Virus record (IMG/VR): IMGVR_UViG_2706794697_000014
Source: a virus
Lineage: Duplodnaviria; Heunggongvirae; Uroviricota; Caudoviricetes
Strand: one strand, 5' to 3'
DNA: 45,417 nt
The notes under the pieces were generated by a model. That model saw nothing but the letters and a program-made list of their open reading frames with translations, was not told where the DNA came from and did not search any database. Numbering within the stretch: position 1 is the first letter of the stretch; each line of letters begins with the position of its first letter. Shown here piece by piece: positions 39,975 to 45,417 of this stretch. Position numbers and translations under genes: made by a program.

Positions 39975-40175
39975 TTAATCTTTCGGATAGATATCCGGTC
40001 TTAAGTCAGATTTCGTAATTGCACCTGACGTGCATTGCTCAAGTTTTTTAGCCAGCACAAAACTGGCTTTTTTATAACCATTGAAAACCAGCCGTAAGTA
40101 GCCTGGTGTTGAGCCAACTTTTCCGGCCAACTCACCCTGCTGTTCTTTGGTTAAAGAGTCCCAATACGCTTTCAT
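39975..40175 (-). CDS. cro: Cro-like HTH repressor
   Basis: 66-aa product MKAYWDSLTKEQQGELAGKVGSTPGYLRLVFNGYKKASFVLAKKLEQ...; divergent from cI across operator region. Confidence 0.7.
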   Translation of the reverse strand: MKAYWDSLTKEQQGELAGKVGSTPGYLRLVFNGYKKASFVLAKKLEQCTSGAITKSDLRPDIYPKD

Positions 40176-40179
40176 ACAA

Positions 40180-40248
40180 TATGTACCTCCGGTATACATA
40201 TTACATGATTGAGATGAACCTTCAAGATACTTGTACCTTATCGGTACA
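40180..40248. promoter_or_regulatory. OR-like operator region with two 19-bp palindromic sites
   Basis: ATGTACC-TCCGG-TATACAT (40180-40198) and perfect TTGTACC-TTATC-GGTACAA (40230-40248) between cro and cI. Confidence 0.5.
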
Positions 40249-40265
40249 AAGGTTTTAATTTCTTT

Positions 40266-40940
40266 ATGAAAACAGTCCATGACATCCGGCGGTCTAACGC
40301 CAGAAAACTGAGAGATGGTGTTGGCGGGAATTCTTCCTTTGCCACCATGATTGATCGCGAGCCAACCCAGACCAGCAGGTTTATGGGAGATGGTGCAACT
40401 AAAAATATCGGTGACAGCATGGCACGGCACATCGAAAAATGTTTCGACCTGCCTGTCGGATGGCTTGATCAAGAACACCAGACAACGAACATCACAAAAA
40501 AACCTGACGTTTCAATCACTAACAAACAAATAACGTTAGTCCCTGTCATATCATGGGTACAGGCCGGAGCATGGAAAGAAGTTGGCTATTCTGAGGTTGA
40601 TTTGAGCACAGCAGAAACTTATCCCTGCCCTGTACCCTGTGGCGAAATGACTTATATCTTGCGGGTGATTGGTGATTCAATGATTGATGAGTACCGCCCG
40701 GGAGACATGATTTTTGTTGATCCTGAAGTCCCTGCCTGCCACGGTGACGACGTTATTGCATTGATGCACGATACAGGCGAAACCACCTTCAAGCGGTTGA
40801 TAGAAGATGGAACACAGCGTTATCTCAAAGCATTAAACCCAAACTGGCCTGAGCCTTACATTAAGATTAACGGTAATTGCTCTATAATTGGTACAGTGAT
40901 TTTCTCAGGAAAACCAAGAAGATACATAATAAAGGCCTAA
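40266..40940 (+). CDS. cI: CI-like repressor (S24 LexA-type peptidase family)
   Basis: C-terminal S24 domain (VIGDSMIDEYRPGDMIFVD, TFKRL) preceded by DNA-binding N-terminus. Confidence 0.8.
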   Translation: MKTVHDIRRSNARKLRDGVGGNSSFATMIDREPTQTSRFMGDGATKNIGDSMARHIEKCFDLPVGWLDQEHQTTNITKKPDVSITNKQITLVPVISWVQAGAWKEVGYSEVDLSTAETYPCPVPCGEMTYILRVIGDSMIDEYRPGDMIFVDPEVPACHGDDVIALMHDTGETTFKRLIEDGTQRYLKALNPNWPEPYIKINGNCSIIGTVIFSGKPRRYIIKA

Positions 40941-40950
40941 TCAATATTTA

Positions 40951-40974
40951 TAACCTGCTTCGGCAGGTTTTTTT
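40951..40974 (+). terminator. intrinsic terminator after cI
   Basis: AACCTGC-TTCG-GCAGGTT followed by T7. Confidence 0.65.
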
Positions 40975-40977
40975 ATA

Positions 40978-41005
40978 CTTGACAATGTACCTTTGGGATA
41001 CATAA
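40978..41005 (+). promoter_or_regulatory. PL-like promoter overlapped by third operator
   Basis: TTGACA (40978-40983), 16-nt spacer, CATAAT (41000-41005); operator ATGTACC-TTTGG-GATACAT at 40984-41002. Confidence 0.5.
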
Positions 41006-41445
41006 TGTATCTAAAAGAAACACAGCACAGGCAAGATTAAACAAAATTTGGTTGTAACACGGCGTATGGCACATGCGTCGTTAGCGGTCTGGGGACGTTA
41101 AAGGGGACAATCCACTCCTTGCTCGGGCAAACAAACCAGGTAGCCGGAATGTGCAAGTCAATGATGATGCTGATAAGACGCCTAACCAGCGTGGCGATTC
41201 GGTTTGACGCCTGGGAAGAGACCAGGGTGCAACGATGAGGACATTTATGGAACCGCGACAAAGTGTGGTGCCGTAACTGGCTAAGTGCTCTCAGCGTTGT
41301 GGTGAATGCGCAGGCTGATGCGCGAAAGACATTGCAGCTAATGCGGAAAAGAGCTGTTCGGCGGGGCAATTAAACGCCCGTGAGAGTCTGAAATAACCGC
41401 AAGCCGGAGATCAGCACCGGTCACCACAACAGCCACTGCTTTGGC

Positions 41446-41580
41446 GGTACCAGTTTGTACACTTGCTTCCGGCTGGTACCGCTCTTTTTACAAAACAGAG
41501 AAGAGCATCACCGGACGACGGGCTCATAACCAAATCCATCCGGGCGGCTGCCACCGCAGGTGTTCTTCTCTGTTTTGTGG
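41446..41580 (+). promoter_or_regulatory. two large inverted repeats in the early-left leader
   Basis: GCGGTACCAG/CTGGTACCGC 10-bp perfect inverted repeat (41446-41484) and ACAAAACAGAGAAGA...TCTTCTCTGTTTTGT 15-bp perfect inverted repeat (about 41490-41578). Confidence 0.4.
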
Positions 41581-41626
41581 AGAAACCAACCGACCTTGCA
41601 GGGTCGATATGATTAGGAGCAGCAAA

Positions 41627-41989
41627 ATGGCTAGCGAACGCAGTACTGATGTGCAGGCATTTATTGGGGAGCTGGACGGCGGCGTATTTGAAACCAAAAT
41701 CGGCGCAGTTCTCAGTGAAGTCGCTTCCGGTGTGATGAACACGAAAACCAAAGGTAAGGTCTCACTCAACCTGGAAATCGAACCATTTGATGAGAACCGT
41801 GTGAAAATCAAACACAAACTCTCATATGTTCGCCCGACTAACCGCGGGAAAATTTCCGAAGAAGACACCACCGAAACGCCGATGTATGTCAATCGCGGTG
41901 GTCGCCTGACTATTCTGCAGGAAGACCAGGGACAATTACTGACTCTTGCCGGTGAACCTGACGGAAAACTCCGCGCAGCAGGTCATTAA
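41627..41989 (+). CDS. YfdP-like prophage protein
   Basis: 120-aa ORF with AGGAG RBS; position directly upstream of yfdQ-like gene as in CPS-53. Confidence 0.5.
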   Translation: MASERSTDVQAFIGELDGGVFETKIGAVLSEVASGVMNTKTKGKVSLNLEIEPFDENRVKIKHKLSYVRPTNRGKISEEDTTETPMYVNRGGRLTILQEDQGQLLTLAGEPDGKLRAAGH

Positions 41990-42054
41990 TATCGTTCTTA
42001 ATTAACCGATTATTTATCTCATCACTGAATATCTTTATATAGTGAGGACTTATT

Positions 42055-42879
42055 ATGTCTCAGAACTTAGACGCAACCGCAATTAATCAAATCCATGCCC
42101 TTATTTCTGCTCAGGGTGTTAATGAAATTATCAGTAAGATTGGTGCCGATGCTGTGGCATTGCCTGAGAATTTCCGCATTCATGATCTGGAAAAATTAAA
42201 TTTAAATCGTTTCCGTTTCCGTGGTGCGCTTTCCACTGCCAGCATCGATGACTTTACTCGTTATTCTAAAGATCTTGCAGATGAAGGCACCCGCTGCTTT
42301 ATCGATGCTGATAATATGCGTGCCGTCAGTGTTCTTAACCTGGGTACTATTGATGAACCAGGTCACGCAGATAACACCGCCACTCTCAAACTGAAAAAGA
42401 CAGCTCCGTTCTCTGCTCTGTTGTCTGTTAATGGCGAGCGTAACTCCCAGAAGTCACTGGCAGAATGGATTGAAGACTGGGCCGACTACCTTGTGGGCTT
42501 TGATGCTAATGGTGACGCCATTCAGGCAACCAAAGCGGCTGCGGCGATCCGTAAAATCACAATTGAAGCGAACCAGACCGCTGATTTTGAAGATAATGAC
42601 TTCAGCGGCAAACGCTCCCTGATGGAGTCTGTCGAAGCGAAGACCAAAGACATTATGCCAGTGGCATTTGAATTTAAATGCGTTCCGTTTGAAGGTCTGA
42701 AAGAACGTCCGTTTAAATTACGCCTCAGCATTATCACTGGCGATCGTCCTGTACTGGTTCTGCGCATTATTCAGCTGGAAGCGGTACAGGAAGAAATGGC
42801 TAACGAATTTCGTGATCTGCTTGTTGAGAAATTCAAAGACAGCAAAGTAGAAACCTTTATTGGTACTTTCACCGCCTGA
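42055..42879 (+). CDS. yfdQ: YfdQ-family (DUF2303) prophage protein
   Basis: 274-aa [24 protein letters not shown]... recalled as YfdQ-like; GTGAGGA RBS. Confidence 0.6.
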   Translation: MSQNLDATAINQIHALISAQGVNEIISKIGADAVALPENFRIHDLEKLNLNRFRFRGALSTASIDDFTRYSKDLADEGTRCFIDADNMRAVSVLNLGTIDEPGHADNTATLKLKKTAPFSALLSVNGERNSQKSLAEWIEDWADYLVGFDANGDAIQATKAAAAIRKITIEANQTADFEDNDFSGKRSLMESVEAKTKDIMPVAFEFKCVPFEGLKERPFKLRLSIITGDRPVLVLRIIQLEAVQEEMANEFRDLLVEKFKDSKVETFIGTFTA

Positions 42880-43016
42880 TTTCATTACTGCAAATGCCCC
42901 TGCGGGGGCATTTACGGAAGCGATAATTTTAACTATTGCCGCCCCTATAAAGAACCATTAAACAATAACGTGACGTAGCTATTGATAGTAAATGAAGCAC
43001 TTGCAAAATAATTGCA

Positions 43017-43850
43017 TTGCGTATATATACACACATGTGTTGTATTACAGCGATAATGGTAAAGCAAATGATTAACTCTGAAGCAATTGAGCAACTAATG
43101 TGGCTATGGTCCTTATTTGACATTAAATTCTTATCTATTCTTGCCGCTGCCTTCACTATATATTTTGGCGTGCAAAAAATATCAAAAAAGGTGACAGTGT
43201 CGTATTCAGCAAATGCAAGTAGAATATATGACATGCATATATCAACCATAATCCTGAATAATAAAAGAGATAATGCAATTGCTATATCTTCAATCAATAT
43301 GGAGGTTGAAGGTAAAGGGATACTACAAGTTATTAAATTTGACTCCCCTCTTCTTTTAAAGAACTATGATTCTTTAAAAGTTGAACCACCAAAATTTAGC
43401 AGCCTTTACAATAATGATGGCGTAGTTAAGTTAGATATTTCTGATAAGTTTCATTTTTATATAATCACGACATCTGGAGATGAAATTAAATGTATTTCTG
43501 AAAATAAATATGTAGCACCAAACATGGAAAACAAAATAGCTACAGACATAAGAAAATTTAATGGCATTGTCTTAACAAACAGAATGTCTTATATTTTTTT
43601 CTATGCAAATGACAACGGAGAGAAATACTGCATAATAGATGTTTCATTGTTCATAAATGGTGACAACCCATTTCATTTTAATTTTTTAAAAGAAGATGAA
43701 TTAAGAGATTTTTCTAGCATCCTTATTAGTTACGGATATCACCAACAGTTTAAAAGTTATGCATTGTTTAAAATAGACAACCATCTTGCTCCTTCTTTGG
43801 TTTTAAATAAATCAATGATAGAAAATAATATTATTGAAATGAATAAGTAA
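43017..43850 (+). CDS. AT-rich hypothetical protein with N-terminal membrane anchor
   Basis: ORF with hydrophobic segment LMWLWSLFDIKFLSILAAAFTIYF then about 220-aa Asn/Lys/Ile-rich domain; start uncertain (track start is TTG; ATG candidates at MVKQ/MINSE). Confidence 0.55.
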   Translation: MRIYTHMCCITAIMVKQMINSEAIEQLMWLWSLFDIKFLSILAAAFTIYFGVQKISKKVTVSYSANASRIYDMHISTIILNNKRDNAIAISSINMEVEGKGILQVIKFDSPLLLKNYDSLKVEPPKFSSLYNNDGVVKLDISDKFHFYIITTSGDEIKCISENKYVAPNMENKIATDIRKFNGIVLTNRMSYIFFYANDNGEKYCIIDVSLFINGDNPFHFNFLKEDELRDFSSILISYGYHQQFKSYALFKIDNHLAPSLVLNKSMIENNIIEMNK

Positions 43851-43886
43851 CTCACCGGGTGCAGCCGGTTATGATGGAGAAATGAT

Positions 43887-44168
43887 ATGAATACCTTGTT
43901 TTTACTGATGGCTGAATTCAATACCCCAAACATTGAACTCTCAGCAGTTAGTCAAAAATACTTTGGTATGAGTCCAGCCACAGCAGAAGCAAAAGCAAAC
44001 GCTTGTAAGTTGCCTGTACCTACATATCGCATCGGTACATCACAAAAAGCAAAACGTTGCATCAATATTCAGGATCTTGCGGAATACATAGACAAAAGAC
44101 GAGAAGAAGGACGTATCGAGTGGGAACAGGTCAGAACAGGCAAACAGAAGGGCAAAGAACATCACTAA
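43887..44168 (+). CDS. PrtN-like pyocin activator family protein
   Basis: 93-aa product MNTLFLLMAEFNTPNIELSAVSQKYFGMS... recalled as PrtN family; GGAGA RBS. Confidence 0.6.
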   Translation: MNTLFLLMAEFNTPNIELSAVSQKYFGMSPATAEAKANACKLPVPTYRIGTSQKAKRCINIQDLAEYIDKRREEGRIEWEQVRTGKQKGKEHH

Positions 44169-44169
44169 A

Positions 44170-44200
44170 GAAAAAACCCGCCTAAAGGCGGGTTTTCAAA
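44170..44200. terminator. bidirectional intrinsic terminator
   Basis: A6-AACCCGCC-TAAA-GGCGGGTT-TTT between convergent genes. Confidence 0.6.
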
Positions 44201-44216
44201 AAGCACCAGCTATGAT

Positions 44217-44390
44217 CATGCTGCTTTGCGACGACGAAGCTTACCCTGCTGCTCTTTACCAGAGACAGTAGCGTGAGTGAACGCATTAGGAGCAGCCTTC
44301 ATCAGAACTTCAACAGCAGCACCCATACCTGCGAATGCTTTCATTGTGTCGAACTTAACCTGTGGCTTGGTTGCTTTTTGATCTTCCATA
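44217..44390 (-). CDS. hypothetical small protein (58 aa)
   Basis: ORF below track cutoff: MEDQKATKPQVKFDTMKAFAGMGAAVEVLMKAAPNAFTHATVSGKEQQGKLRRRKAA; GGAG RBS; followed by terminator. Confidence 0.3.
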
Positions 44391-44428
44391 GAAAACTCCA
44401 GAAGCTATACCGAAACAATTCCTGTTGT

Positions 44429-44848
44429 TTACTCATCATCAATAGATGATACGCAATATTTATTTTTAAATTTAAGGTTCTTTGGCGTAACTTCATCAGA
44501 TATATCAAAACCGTCCAGAATTCTATTGAATGTAGCTTCTGGCATATCATCATGAACGGAAATCTCACCCGATCGCTGCTTTCTAACCATGTTATCCACT
44601 CGCCAAATTATAGCTTCAGCGTAAACAACATAACTTGGATGCTTGATAAAGCGATGATCACCAGAATTCAAGACGCAAGACGGATCGTGGGGGACACCAT
44701 CCTTGATACTAGAAATATTAACAACTAAAACACAATAACAATCGTTAACGGGGTAATAAACAGGATCATTACAAATCACATGAAGATGATTGCATGGCCC
44801 AGTTGGGGCAAGCACAGTTCCTTTCCTGTATGGCTGATAATCCGTCAT
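44429..44848 (-). CDS. hypothetical protein, candidate toxin partner of Panacea-like gene
   Basis: 139-aa ORF overlapping upstream gene by 4 nt (ATGA coupling). Confidence 0.5.
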   Translation of the reverse strand: MTDYQPYRKGTVLAPTGPCNHLHVICNDPVYYPVNDCYCVLVVNISSIKDGVPHDPSCVLNSGDHRFIKHPSYVVYAEAIIWRVDNMVRKQRSGEISVHDDMPEATFNRILDGFDISDEVTPKNLKFKNKYCVSSIDDE

Positions 44849-45417
44849 GATAATTGCAAAGAAAATTCCTTAAGTTTCTGAGATTCTTCCATTTTGCCAA
44901 TTATACGATTAGCCTCATCCTCGCTTTTACCCTCACTGATCAGCATTTCTTTCAGGTCTATAGGCTTACGAGAATTGCCAGGATTGTGCCACTCTGGACA
45001 AACGCTTTCTAAATGCGTCATGTTTGCGAGATCAAATCGGTTCATATGCCCATACAGAGAATAGATTTCATCTAAAATCCGGATATCTGCACGGCTCAAC
45101 TCATCAAAGACCTCGTCTGCATCCATTTCCCTCGGATCTGAACGCAACAACACATCATGCCCGTTCGTCTCTATCAGGTTGTACCAGTAGTCACCAATAC
45201 CTTCAGCCTTACCACGAATCAAGTTCAGCGTATTCGACATGACTGGACCAAATTTCATAGAGTAAAGGCTATCTTCGCCGATCATCCTGCCATGCTTCAA
45301 AATCGACTTGCGGTTAGACAGATAGAGCAGCTTCATCAATTTCAGATATGCCATGCGCCCACCTCGCTTAAGAAGTAGGTATGCAGCCATTTGAGCTACT
45401 TTTTCTTCGCAAAACAT
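44845..45417 (-). CDS. Panacea/DUF4065 (SocA/GepA)-like protein; start coincides with window edge
   Basis: N-terminus MFCEEKVAQMAAYLLLKRGGRMAYLKLMKLLYLSNR resembles DUF4065 phage-associated proteins as recalled; ORF begins at the last codon of the window, so may be 5' truncated. Confidence 0.45.
   Translation of the reverse strand: MFCEEKVAQMAAYLLLKRGGRMAYLKLMKLLYLSNRKSILKHGRMIGEDSLYSMKFGPVMSNTLNLIRGKAEGIGDYWYNLIETNGHDVLLRSDPREMDADEVFDELSRADIRILDEIYSLYGHMNRFDLANMTHLESVCPEWHNPGNSRKPIDLKEMLISEGKSEDEANRIIGKMEESQKLKEFSLQLS

Noticed and set aside
41037-41369. 110-aa minus-strand ORF in the early-left leader
   Set aside because: Antisense to the PL-like transcript, no RBS, Arg/Ser-rich composition; likely non-coding region.
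1-45417. CRISPR array or IS element
   Set aside because: No regularly spaced direct repeats and no transposase-like ORF with terminal inverted repeats seen anywhere in the window.

Overview
This window is an almost complete lambda-like prophage integrated at the 5' end of the host dusA gene (host pspG and dusA at 166-1579), read mostly on the minus strand. From the left it carries int and a DinI-like gene, a lambda-type tail module (tfa, stf, lom, J, I, K, L, M, H, G/T, V, U, Z), a head module (head-tail joining, protease-capsid fusion, portal, W-like, terminase), a lysis cassette (Rz/Rz1, SAR endolysin, pinholin fragment), two orphan DNA methyltransferases, a Q-like antiterminator, early genes (RusA, KilA-N, LexA-DBD-only protein, replication gene with internal iterons), a cro/cI immunity region with 19-bp operators, and a rightward early-left operon (yfdP/yfdQ-like, an AT-rich membrane-anchored protein, PrtN-like). 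Three N-runs (12087-12327, 15070-15134, 30128-30583) interrupt J, L and the holin. The most notable feature is an AT-rich two-gene module (3297-5196) in the int-proximal accessory slot: a 183-aa multi-TM protein translationally overlapped with a 457-aa reverse transcriptase, preceded by a ~135-nt highly structured leader bounded by 13-nt inverted repeats. This is a candidate RT-based anti-phage defence system that I cannot assign to a named family from sequence alone. A second candidate is a Panacea (DUF4065)-like protein coupled to an unknown 139-aa partner at the right edge (44429-45417). All product names rest on recall of protein families and on motifs visible in the translations; no database search or folding computation was possible.
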